Of a stretch of 31,276 bases of DNA, positions 6,447-15,249 are shown in pieces. Source of the stretch: a virus (lineage: Duplodnaviria; Caudoviricetes); IMG/VR virus record IMGVR_UViG_3300046832_001180, positions 1 through 31,276 of that record, one strand, 5' to 3'. The position numbers and the translations under genes are program-made. Position 1 is the first letter of the stretch. The number at the start of each line of letters is the position of its first letter. The notes under the pieces are model-generated. The model was not told the DNA's origin. It saw nothing but the letters and a program-made list of their open reading frames with translations, and did no database searches.

Positions 6447-9373
6447 TAGAATCTAGGCCGAGCAGGAACGCCAAGCGTATCGTCAAAAACACCACGCTTA
6501 TCTTCAGGCAAGCTGGCCTTAGCCTCCTCTGACTTTTTGTTCAGATTGTCCCATTCCCTGTTGAACTGAAGCAAAGACATGTTTGAAGCCTTTGCAAGAG
6601 CCTCGGCCTGAGGAAGTGTCAGGTTTGGTTTAAGACCAGCAAAGGTTTGAGGTAGTCGAACCGCGCTGCTCAAAAAGTTTTGAACGGTAGGGCTTCCGAC
6701 CAAAGCATCAACAACCCACCTAGCGCGAGTGGCTCGCATGACAGAATTGGCCAACTGATCAGGCTGAAGTTGGCCACCTTGAGCAGTCAGATTTCTAGCG
6801 CGATTCCACTGCATGTAATCATTGATCATGTTGAAGTCGTTAGGCTCCAGAACATCACGAATGATCTGCATGCGATTCGGATCTTGAACGATGTCATCAA
6901 GATTCTGAATTCCACGCCTGAGATTGGCAGGCCCAGTTTCAGAAACGTGATTCAGAACCGCAACCGCTGCATTGGCTCTTACTGCATCACGAGTCGCCGG
7001 ATTGAGTTGGTTCAACGCATTCTGAACAACCTGCGGATTTTCAGATCGGAACACGAAATCCCTGACAAACTGAGACGGATCGACATCTGGATTGAGCTGG
7101 TTCCGCTGAACTCGACGAGTCGTGGCGTTGAAAAACTCTTCAGCCCTGTCTCTGGCCTGCCTCGCAAGATTGGCAACCGTGTTGCGAAGAGTTGGCGATG
7201 CGATGTTTCCGATGTTGTCGGTGATTTCCGTCAGCGCCTGCGGATTGATTCCAGTGGCAACCGGAATTGACATGCCAACATTTTGAACGCGAACGGCATC
7301 GTTCAGAATTGATTGAAGCCTGTTTGCGTTAGCTTCGCTGCCAGTAACAATGTTTCTGACCGCTTGCGGAAGCTCTCTGAAGTTGTTCGAAAAAGAGGAA
7401 AGGCTTTCTGTTGGAACTCCACCGATGTCAACCGTCCCGGTTCCACGCAGAGAATCTATGAATCCCCTGCGAATTTGATCGAACTGTATTCTCCCTTGAG
7501 GATTTGTTGTCAGAAGGTTTCGAACGGATTCAAAACCAGCAGGAGAACTTGCTAGGTCAGAAAAGAACTGTTCGGTGTTTTGATATCCACCCTCTGCGGC
7601 AGGAATGGAAGCCCTTCTGATGATCTGGTTGTCTTGAAGAAGATTGAACCGATTTTCAGCAGCCCGTTGAGCTGCAACAACTTCGTTTTCAATTCCAAGC
7701 CTACGGGCAGAGGCAAGCTCTTCTTGCTTCAGTGCAGCGCGAAGTCTTTGAAGCTGGTTCTGAGCAACACCAGGAGCGAATTCTTGAAATTGATGTATGA
7801 CTCCATCGATTGATTGGCGCAACCCAACTATCTGCTCAAATGTCTGTGGGCTTCTAGCGACATCAAGCAAAGCTCTCGCCCTCGAAGATGCCTCATTAAA
7901 AAACTGAGAAGGAATTCGTTCGACAGTAGTTGTCGGAGTTCCACCAATAATTGGAGATGGAGTAACAGTAACCCGCTCTTCAGTTGCCAAAGTGCCAAGT
8001 ACATCATCAATCGTGTCTCGGAGGTTTTGACTTGGTGTAACTGGAGCTTCCGCTTGTCCACCCAACCTAGTTGTTCGAGCTGTTCTTGCCGTATTGTAAG
8101 CATCGTCAACAATTCCACTCAGACGCTGATCTTCACCACGGATGAAACCGACAGAATTGTTGGCAGCATCTTGAAGTGATGCAGCTCTAGGAGAGCGAGG
8201 GAGAATGCTTCCAATGACGCCTTCAACTTCCCCAACAGCCTGACCGCCTGCACCGGCAGCACTTCCACGCAAAGCCTGTCGAGATGCAGCTTCAGCACCA
8301 AGAACCTCTTGTTGAGCCACCTGAGCCGTCGCACGTTCTTGTTGAGCTGGAATTCCAAGCTGTCCACGAATTCGCTCAGGAAGAGCTTGTTGGGCAGCAA
8401 GACCGCTTGAGCCAGGACCAAAAGTTCCCGGCACGTTTCTTCCCGTTTGTTGCGTAGCGGTCAGCGGCGCGGTTCCAGCTCCGAGCGTTTCTTCAAGACG
8501 TTGGCCAGCTTGACGGCCTTGCTGCGCGATTTGTTCTTCTGCGGTCAACTGTCGAGCAGGTCGAGCAAGCGCACCTGTTGCACCTCCGGTTGTAAAACCA
8601 AAAATAGCTGGAAGAGAAATCTCGCTACCAATTTCTTCAAGCGTTGGAAGCCTTCCTTGATCGATGTATTTTTGAAGAGTTTCTCCAAATGCAGCGGTTG
8701 CAGCATTGACTCCAGCTTGAGCTGAACCTTGAGCAATTCCAGCACCCAGAGGCCCGACAGTTCCTTGAAACGGCCTAAGAACAGGAGTTGCAGAAACAAC
8801 ACCACCCTTAACAAGCTGACCTTCAGAAAAATCTTTTCTTTGACCAGCTAGATATTCTCCGGTCTGGCCAAGAACTTCTCCGGCAAAACCTGCACCACCC
8901 ATAGCCATTGCTGCGGGAATAACCCCGGCCCCTCCGGTCATTGCTCCGACAGCAGCAACGGGTGCAATTCTGGCAGTCGTAATAGCCGCCTGAATGGCCG
9001 CTTCTTTGGTTCTTTTCTTTTCCTCTTCCGAAGTTGCAACGCTAGGCGGAGCGGTCATCACGCCGGGACGCTGAAAATATGGCGTTACATATTGGCCAGC
9101 CTCCCCTTGGATAGCTTTCTGTTCGCCAATCTTTCCAGCATCGTCAACAGCCGCTTGAAGCTGTTGCGGAGAGCCAGCTTGAAACATGCTTGCGTAAGGG
9201 TCAGCACCAGTCCGCTGCGGAGCCTGATACTGAGCAGACATGGCGGAAGTTTCAGGAGCAGATTGGCCAACCGACTTGAAGACATCTTCAAGTTCTTGCT
9301 CTGTTGGAGGACTATCTCCAGTCAGCCGAATGGTTCTTCCGCTGGTCGGATCTTTGATTCGATAGGTAGGCAT
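6446..9373 (-). CDS. Large internal virion / DNA ejection protein (975 aa)
   Basis: Third of three A/G/Q-rich helical ORFs downstream of the tail genes, as with T7 gp14-16 or P22 gp7/20/16. Gly/Ala hydrophobic segments at aa ~135-270. Confidence 0.7.
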   Translation of the reverse strand: MPTYRIKDPTSGRTIRLTGDSPPTEQELEDVFKSVGQSAPETSAMSAQYQAPQRTGADPYASMFQAGSPQQLQAAVDDAGKIGEQKAIQGEAGQYVTPYFQRPGVMTAPPSVATSEEEKKRTKEAAIQAAITTARIAPVAAVGAMTGGAGVIPAAMAMGGAGFAGEVLGQTGEYLAGQRKDFSEGQLVKGGVVSATPVLRPFQGTVGPLGAGIAQGSAQAGVNAATAAFGETLQKYIDQGRLPTLEEIGSEISLPAIFGFTTGGATGALARPARQLTAEEQIAQQGRQAGQRLEETLGAGTAPLTATQQTGRNVPGTFGPGSSGLAAQQALPERIRGQLGIPAQQERATAQVAQQEVLGAEAASRQALRGSAAGAGGQAVGEVEGVIGSILPRSPRAASLQDAANNSVGFIRGEDQRLSGIVDDAYNTARTARTTRLGGQAEAPVTPSQNLRDTIDDVLGTLATEERVTVTPSPIIGGTPTTTVERIPSQFFNEASSRARALLDVARSPQTFEQIVGLRQSIDGVIHQFQEFAPGVAQNQLQRLRAALKQEELASARRLGIENEVVAAQRAAENRFNLLQDNQIIRRASIPAAEGGYQNTEQFFSDLASSPAGFESVRNLLTTNPQGRIQFDQIRRGFIDSLRGTGTVDIGGVPTESLSSFSNNFRELPQAVRNIVTGSEANANRLQSILNDAVRVQNVGMSIPVATGINPQALTEITDNIGNIASPTLRNTVANLARQARDRAEEFFNATTRRVQRNQLNPDVDPSQFVRDFVFRSENPQVVQNALNQLNPATRDAVRANAAVAVLNHVSETGPANLRRGIQNLDDIVQDPNRMQIIRDVLEPNDFNMINDYMQWNRARNLTAQGGQLQPDQLANSVMRATRARWVVDALVGSPTVQNFLSSAVRLPQTFAGLKPNLTLPQAEALAKASNMSLLQFNREWDNLNKKSEEAKASLPEDKRGVFDDTLGVPARPRF

Positions 9374-10833
9374 TATTGTCCTTCAACAAGAATTTCAAAA
9401 CGACCGACACGATTCGAAGCCGGAGGAGTTGTAGGTTGAATTGTTCCACCTTGCGAACGGTTTGCCCGAATGTTTTTGAAAATATCCTGAGGAGAAATCG
9501 GCTGTTCTTGCGAAACCGCAGCCGGAGCCGCTTGCTGCTGCTGGCCGAATCCAAACTTTTGCCTAGCACCCTCAAGATACCGTTTCTTAACGTCGTATGG
9601 AATGTCAGGTGAAAACCTGTACTCCCAAATACTGTTTTCGGCACCAGAACGAAGATTGTTTTTGAAAGACGAGATAACCTGAATGTAATCGTTACGCGCA
9701 GGAGTGCTTACAACTTTTTGAAGGTTTCTTTCTTCAGATGGAGTAAGTGTTGCTCCATACTTATTGTTTTGATAGTCAGTAACAACAAGCTGAATCTTGT
9801 TGTGTATGTCTCTTGCGTCTTCCTGTTCTTTAGTTGTAAGACCCTTAAATCTTCCTTTAAGATCAAACACTGGCGCATCAATAGGTCCAACATATTCAGA
9901 GAAAGACCCTTTTCCGTATTTGCTTTCAAAAGCATTGAGCTTATTGAAAACATCATCCAACTCTACTACAGCTTTGTTTGAAGCCGTCAAAGCCTTTGAA
10001 ACGTCAGCAGGAACTTTTCCTTGGTTTGGTCCTCCAAGGAACACCTTTGCGTTGATTTCGTCTTCGTCGGTCTGAACTATCTTCTGTTTTTTAAGACCTT
10101 CCAAAACTTGATTTGCACGTTGGGCGACAACGCCACCTTCAGTCCTAGCAGTCGGCAAAAGCTGCTCATACTCCTGCTGGGTAATATCTCCAGAATCAAA
10201 AAGTGTCTTAAGACCTTCTTTCGTATTTCTTTGGCCAGCCATGCCTATGGCCGTCAGCTTTTTCAATCTAGCCTGCTCTTGCCTAAGAGGAGCGGCAGCA
10301 TCAAAGATTGCTTTTCTAAACTCAGGGTTTATTTGCTGAGTTTTTGGATCAAGTCCACCATTGTACTGAAGGGGAATATCGCTTTTCCCGTTTTCATTAA
10401 GGAAATCAATTTCCTTATTTAGAACTGCCATTTGTGAGGCATTTGCCTTTTCAACGAGGAACCGATTCTGAGCCATCGGCAACGATTGGAGAACTGGACC
10501 ACTCATGTCTCCAAGCATCTTCAAGCCAGTCGCGCTTTGAAGATCGGACGGAGGAGCGGGAAACGGCAAAGTCGGATCGCCTTTGGCGTTCCATTGAACA
10601 TATGCTGATTGCCACTGCTGAATCTTCGGAAGATCGGCGGAAAACTTTGCGCGCTCAGAAATTCCGCTGGCGAGGTCGTTTTCCCGAATCTTGTTCTGAA
10701 GCTCCATTCCTTGACGCTGAAGCAAAGACTCAGCCGTCTGCATCTGCAACTGCTCCATCATCCGCTGCTGCGTCTGCGCGCGGTCGAACAGCGATGCGCC
10801 TAGCTGAAACGCTTGAAGAGATTGGTCGGCCAT
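9373..10833 (-). CDS. Internal virion / ejection protein (486 aa)
   Basis: Q-rich coiled-coil N-terminus, helical body with a YGATLTPSE segment, middle position in the triplet, TAATG coupling. Confidence 0.65.
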   Translation of the reverse strand: MADQSLQAFQLGASLFDRAQTQQRMMEQLQMQTAESLLQRQGMELQNKIRENDLASGISERAKFSADLPKIQQWQSAYVQWNAKGDPTLPFPAPPSDLQSATGLKMLGDMSGPVLQSLPMAQNRFLVEKANASQMAVLNKEIDFLNENGKSDIPLQYNGGLDPKTQQINPEFRKAIFDAAAPLRQEQARLKKLTAIGMAGQRNTKEGLKTLFDSGDITQQEYEQLLPTARTEGGVVAQRANQVLEGLKKQKIVQTDEDEINAKVFLGGPNQGKVPADVSKALTASNKAVVELDDVFNKLNAFESKYGKGSFSEYVGPIDAPVFDLKGRFKGLTTKEQEDARDIHNKIQLVVTDYQNNKYGATLTPSEERNLQKVVSTPARNDYIQVISSFKNNLRSGAENSIWEYRFSPDIPYDVKKRYLEGARQKFGFGQQQQAAPAAVSQEQPISPQDIFKNIRANRSQGGTIQPTTPPASNRVGRFEILVEGQ

Positions 10834-10838
10834 AAGAT

Positions 10839-11711
10839 TTAGAGTCCGAAATTGGACGAGCTGTATTCAGGGAATAGGCTGGTAGATTGCGGCCCTATTT
10901 CAGAGGTATTTGTTCTCGGGAAAGAATAAAGCTCAGGATCGTTCTGGGGATTGTAAGACGATGGCGGTCGATATCCTCCTGGCAGTTGAGACATCAACGC
11001 ACTCGAAATTCCATATTGCGACAGCGCACCGCCAACCTGACCACCAAATCCAGTGACAGCACTCTGCAACGCTTGCTGCATCGGAGAAGCGGAAGCAGCG
11101 GCCTGAGCGGCTTGCAAATCGCGTCCATACTGAAGCTGTTGCTGTTGCTGCATAAATCCAATCCGCTGAGACGGAGTGATAAACATGCTACTCACCGAGA
11201 ATGGCTGAACCATTCCAACAGACCGCTGCTGCTGAATGAAACTCTGAGCTTGAGCCAGACCCTGATTCTGAAGCTGCATCCCAGTCAACCCCAAGTCGCG
11301 AGCGGTTAGCGCACGACCGAATCCAGATGCGCCGCCAAATCCTCCAGACAAAGCTCGTCCAGCGGCAGAGCGTTGAACCTGAGCAGAAACCTCTGGTGAG
11401 ATTTCGCCTCGCAAGGCCGACCCAATGTTCTTGCCAGCCTGTTGAATCAACTGGTCATAGCCAGGAATCGCGCGACGAAGCTGCGCCTCAAGCTGAGACT
11501 GCTCAGCGGCGGTCGTCTTGGTGGCCAACTCGGTTGCAGGCTCAAGCGATGCGATATTCTGCTGAATCGCCTTTTGCTGTTCTCCAGCAAAATCAATCGG
11601 CTTCAATTCTGGAACCTTTGGCTTCTTTCCGCCAAAAAGCCCACCAAGCAGGCTTCCCGCTGCGGAAATTCCTGCTCCACCCAAAATTGAACCTACAAGT
11701 CCTATTGCCAT
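10839..11711 (-). CDS. Internal virion / pilot-like ejection protein (290 aa)
   Basis: Gly-rich hydrophobic N-terminus (GLVGSILGGAGISAAGSLLGGLFGGKK) and Q/A/G/S-rich body. SD-like AAGGA upstream. Confidence 0.7.
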   Translation of the reverse strand: MAIGLVGSILGGAGISAAGSLLGGLFGGKKPKVPELKPIDFAGEQQKAIQQNIASLEPATELATKTTAAEQSQLEAQLRRAIPGYDQLIQQAGKNIGSALRGEISPEVSAQVQRSAAGRALSGGFGGASGFGRALTARDLGLTGMQLQNQGLAQAQSFIQQQRSVGMVQPFSVSSMFITPSQRIGFMQQQQQLQYGRDLQAAQAAASASPMQQALQSAVTGFGGQVGGALSQYGISSALMSQLPGGYRPPSSYNPQNDPELYSFPRTNTSEIGPQSTSLFPEYSSSNFGL

Positions 11712-11727
11712 AAATTATCCTTTTGGT

Positions 11728-12699
11728 TCAGAACCATTGCGAGAATCCACCGCCATTCAATCCTACACCGACCATGCGTATCGTTGCGACAGCGTCGCCC
11801 AGATACTGCATCGTCTGCTCCTGCACAGCTTGAACCGCTTTGGCTTCGTAGGCCACTGCTTCCTGAATCAAATCGTTTTCTTCCTTTCGAATGGCCATGA
11901 CCATCAGCTTGATGGCATCAGCGCACGGAGGAATAAGGTAGTCATTGACGCTCGTCGCGTTGATATGACGCATCTTCGCCATGACCGTCACCGGCTTATC
12001 CTCGTCGTTGTTACAACGATCTGTCAGGTAACTGCGGCGATACTGCGGCAAAGTTTCATCAGGGTCGTAAACTGCCAGATCCGTTTCCAGGGCAGTCGTC
12101 GCATCGTACTCGTACAAGCGACTGACCGTGTTCGTCGCCTCTCGGATGACGCCGGTCAATTCGGTGAATTTCTTCGTAGATTGAACGTACGGCAAAGCGA
12201 GCGTCAGCTTTTCTCCGTCAATCCACGCGCCACCGGATTGCGTTCGAATCCACTGACCGTTCTGATCAACACCTTGCAGCGTGATGGTTTTGCCGACATC
12301 CGAAGCGTCGCCAGGGTAGACTCGAAGATAGCTGTTAGTACCACCAGACATGTCGCGGTAAGAAACCACAGTACCACGATCAATAAGCTGCTTCCCAACG
12401 CACACTTGATTGCCATTGAGAAGTCCATATCCGGTTTCCTGAAACTCGAACCATTGATTGCGAACCGTTCCGACTCCGCAGCAGTCAGCCACAGCCTCGA
12501 TGGTTTCGATCTGTCGCGGCCAAGTGATGCAGCCACCTACGGTGTGAATCGTGAAGCGTCCGTACGCTCCAGCCCACAACCCCTTGTGTAGAAGCCTTCG
12601 ACACGCCTGATTGATGTAATCATAAACGCGCTGATCATCGACACATGTGCCGATGACCCGAGCGATTGTGGAGCGAATGTCCTGAACGATTAGCTTCAT
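11728..12699 (-). CDS. Probable head-tail adaptor (tail tubular protein A-like)
   Basis: Helical N-terminus (DQRVYDYINQACRRL), beta-rich middle, helical C-terminus (DAIKLMVMA...EAVAYEAKA); lies between the nozzle and ejection genes. Confidence 0.55.
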   Translation of the reverse strand: MKLIVQDIRSTIARVIGTCVDDQRVYDYINQACRRLLHKGLWAGAYGRFTIHTVGGCITWPRQIETIEAVADCCGVGTVRNQWFEFQETGYGLLNGNQVCVGKQLIDRGTVVSYRDMSGGTNSYLRVYPGDASDVGKTITLQGVDQNGQWIRTQSGGAWIDGEKLTLALPYVQSTKKFTELTGVIREATNTVSRLYEYDATTALETDLAVYDPDETLPQYRRSYLTDRCNNDEDKPVTVMAKMRHINATSVNDYLIPPCADAIKLMVMAIRKEENDLIQEAVAYEAKAVQAVQEQTMQYLGDAVATIRMVGVGLNGGGFSQWF

Positions 12700-13397
12700 T
12701 TGGTGTAGTAGACTCGGCCAGTTCGCTTGATAAAGTAAACACCGTAAAACGGCGGCAGGTTGTTATGGGCCGCATCACCCCCAGTGGATGAGGTGGCTAC
12801 ATTCGCTGTAGTTCCATACTGAACACCGTTGGCTCCGCCGTTATTTGCATCCGCAGTTACAAGCGGGAAGAAGTTGTGAGCGTGGGCAGGCATCTCAGGA
12901 ACTGTCAGCGTGTGCTTGTCCTCGCCGACAACAGAAGTTGTGGTGGTAGTTCCTTGAACAGAAACAGCGCCGCTTGCGGCAAAAGCACCAGCACCGACCG
13001 GGAATCGAGCGTCAAACGCGTTGTCAAGTTGCCACATCGAACCGGCGTAAGGATTGCCAGAGTAGACAGTTCCATCTCCGCCATCGTACGACAGCACGTC
13101 AGTGCTTGTTCCAACAAAAATACGACGCTCAGAACTTCCAGCCGCAACCGGATTTTGGCGCGCCCAATATCCGCCGTTGAACACCCACCAATTCCCATTC
13201 TCATCCAACCACGGATAAACCTGATTGTTCAGCGCAGGAGTCGTAGAACCAAAGTTGAAAAACGAGTTTCCAATCGCGCTGTTGAACGTCGCCTGAGTGC
13301 CTCCGATGATATCGTTGGCCAACTGTTGGTAGTTGGACGGACAATAATTGTACGGAAGGCTTGGAGCCGTGAGCGTGATGAGCGTTAGATTTGCCAT
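12696..13397 (-). CDS. Short tail fiber / tail-collar type protein (T4 gp10/gp12 C-terminus-like)
   Basis: RFPVGAG...GEDKHTLTVPEMPAHAH...TGGDAAHNNLPPFYGVYFIKR, including the HxH metal-binding motif. Confidence 0.8.
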   Translation of the reverse strand: MANLTLITLTAPSLPYNYCPSNYQQLANDIIGGTQATFNSAIGNSFFNFGSTTPALNNQVYPWLDENGNWWVFNGGYWARQNPVAAGSSERRIFVGTSTDVLSYDGGDGTVYSGNPYAGSMWQLDNAFDARFPVGAGAFAASGAVSVQGTTTTTSVVGEDKHTLTVPEMPAHAHNFFPLVTADANNGGANGVQYGTTANVATSSTGGDAAHNNLPPFYGVYFIKRTGRVYYTK

Positions 13398-13398
13398 A

Positions 13399-15246
13399 CT
13401 ATTCCGATGAGTAGAGAAGTGGATTTATGTCGCAACCTTCAAGAATCTTGCACCCCTGGAACGTCCTGCACTCGCCAACGGCAGATTCCTGAACGTCGTA
13501 AGCGTGAACTCGAATGCTCTTGATGCGGCAGTAGCCGGAAATCGAGATGTTAAGCTGAACCTCGTAAAGATTCCTGGTTGGAGTGCTGATCGTGGAATTA
13601 CACGGGATATCCGTAGGAGTCGGCAACCGCATCTTCGGCCTGTACTGAGGCTGAAAGTTGCTTATCGGACAAAGGTTATCACACTGCGTCGTAATCGCGC
13701 ACTCACTCCATTCCGCCCATTCAAGCCAGCTAGGGTACTGGTCAGGACGATACTCCACGTTGAATCCGACGTTGCCATCTAGCGAGTCGATGAAAATGTC
13801 GCCCGAATCGAGCTTCTTCAGTCCGAACGGAAGCTCGAAATTGTAGGCGCGAGTCTGAACCAACCATTGAATCTCCTTCTTTGGATCGGATAGATTCGAA
13901 TCGAACTTGCTGGTCTTGCTGACCTCCCAAATCTGGATTGTGTTGTCCGATCCGCGAGCGATTGCGAAACAAGCGTCTCCGTAAGCGTTCTCGGTCTTGA
14001 GAATCTGCAACACATCCAATCCGGTCCAGATTCCAGCCCAAGCAGGAGGAAATTTTTTCCTCAGCGAGGTAATCAGATCGAAATCAAGAACCATCAACGC
14101 CTTGTGGATAACTCCGTCAGCCCTGTAACGAGGCTGTCCAGTCATCAGCAGCCGGTTGTCAAACACAACCGCAGAACTGGCCCACAGCAAATTCGTCTGA
14201 TCGTTCTCTGCGATATTTAGGATTTCGTTGCTGATGGGTGTATTCCCCCAATCGTTGAACGAACGACGAGCGATGATGAACGAGCGAACTCCATCGACAG
14301 CTCGGTAGAAAACGTCTCCGTTAACCGTGATGGCAGACCTAGAGCCAAGCGCGCCACTGGTCAGCAAGCTAATAGCCTGAATCGGATAATTCAGGTTCTT
14401 CCAAGTATCACGATCTACTGGAGCTTGGATGCTGAAGACGTATCGCGGAGTGAAGATAAGAAGCGGTCCTTGCCCAAGCGACGTATCTGGATTGCCGGGG
14501 ACGGCCATTGCCGTGATGCCTCCTGAATCCGACGGAACCGCGAAGTCTCCGCCCTCATTAAGGAAGGTATTCTCGGTTTCCTTGAGAACACTGGCTCGCG
14601 TTCCATCCCCATAAACGATGTCAGTCGCTCGAAACGAAAACCCGTCAGGAAGCGCGTACCAGATGCGTCCATTGACGTAGGACATAATCTTCCCGGTCTT
14701 TATTTCGTCGTCGGTTGCGCGGCGCAGATTCGTTCCGTTGAAAATCAACGGCTTGCTGAATCCATCTTGAATGACGACAAAGTTCTCCGCTTGAACCATC
14801 CATCCATCAAGCAGGTTGGAAGGATTCTCAAGATTCGGAGAAACCGTCAAATTCTGGGCGTTATTTTGAAGGCAGTCGTAAAGCCACACTTTACCACTGA
14901 TCAGCATCAGAATGAACGTCTGACCGTTGTCTCCAATGTACGGAAGCGCGCACTGGAATGTGCCTGTCAGACTTTGAGAGCCATAACAATTCTCCGACCA
15001 TCCATCAGCCGTCACGTTGGTTTGATCCGCCGTAACTTCAGCGTTGTCCGCTGTAATCGTCGTGCAGAGATTGTAATCCTTCTGAACGAAACCGGGGCGA
15101 GGAGAAATGAAACTCTGCCGGAAGCTGGCGTTCACCGCAAACGCCACCTGATTCTTGTCCACCTCAGACGGCATGACACCGGCATCAATGCCACCTTCAA
15201 AGGTGACAGATCCGTCCGTGTACCTCCGTGGTGCGCGTTCGCTCAT
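13399..15246 (-). CDS. Probable tail nozzle (tail tubular protein B / P22 gp10-like)
   Basis: N-terminal FEGGI...AVNASF...SPRPG, beta-propeller-like composition, C-terminal VQTRAYNF...KK and YCRIKSI segments; 615 aa in a tail context. Confidence 0.65.
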   Translation of the reverse strand: MSERAPRRYTDGSVTFEGGIDAGVMPSEVDKNQVAFAVNASFRQSFISPRPGFVQKDYNLCTTITADNAEVTADQTNVTADGWSENCYGSQSLTGTFQCALPYIGDNGQTFILMLISGKVWLYDCLQNNAQNLTVSPNLENPSNLLDGWMVQAENFVVIQDGFSKPLIFNGTNLRRATDDEIKTGKIMSYVNGRIWYALPDGFSFRATDIVYGDGTRASVLKETENTFLNEGGDFAVPSDSGGITAMAVPGNPDTSLGQGPLLIFTPRYVFSIQAPVDRDTWKNLNYPIQAISLLTSGALGSRSAITVNGDVFYRAVDGVRSFIIARRSFNDWGNTPISNEILNIAENDQTNLLWASSAVVFDNRLLMTGQPRYRADGVIHKALMVLDFDLITSLRKKFPPAWAGIWTGLDVLQILKTENAYGDACFAIARGSDNTIQIWEVSKTSKFDSNLSDPKKEIQWLVQTRAYNFELPFGLKKLDSGDIFIDSLDGNVGFNVEYRPDQYPSWLEWAEWSECAITTQCDNLCPISNFQPQYRPKMRLPTPTDIPCNSTISTPTRNLYEVQLNISISGYCRIKSIRVHAYDVQESAVGECRTFQGCKILEGCDINPLLYSSE

Positions 15247-15249
15247 GGT

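Noticed and set aside
11737-12591. 284-aa + strand ORF antisense to the adaptor gene
   Set aside because: Shadow ORF from codon bias on the coding strand; R/H-rich, no motifs, wrong orientation for the operon.
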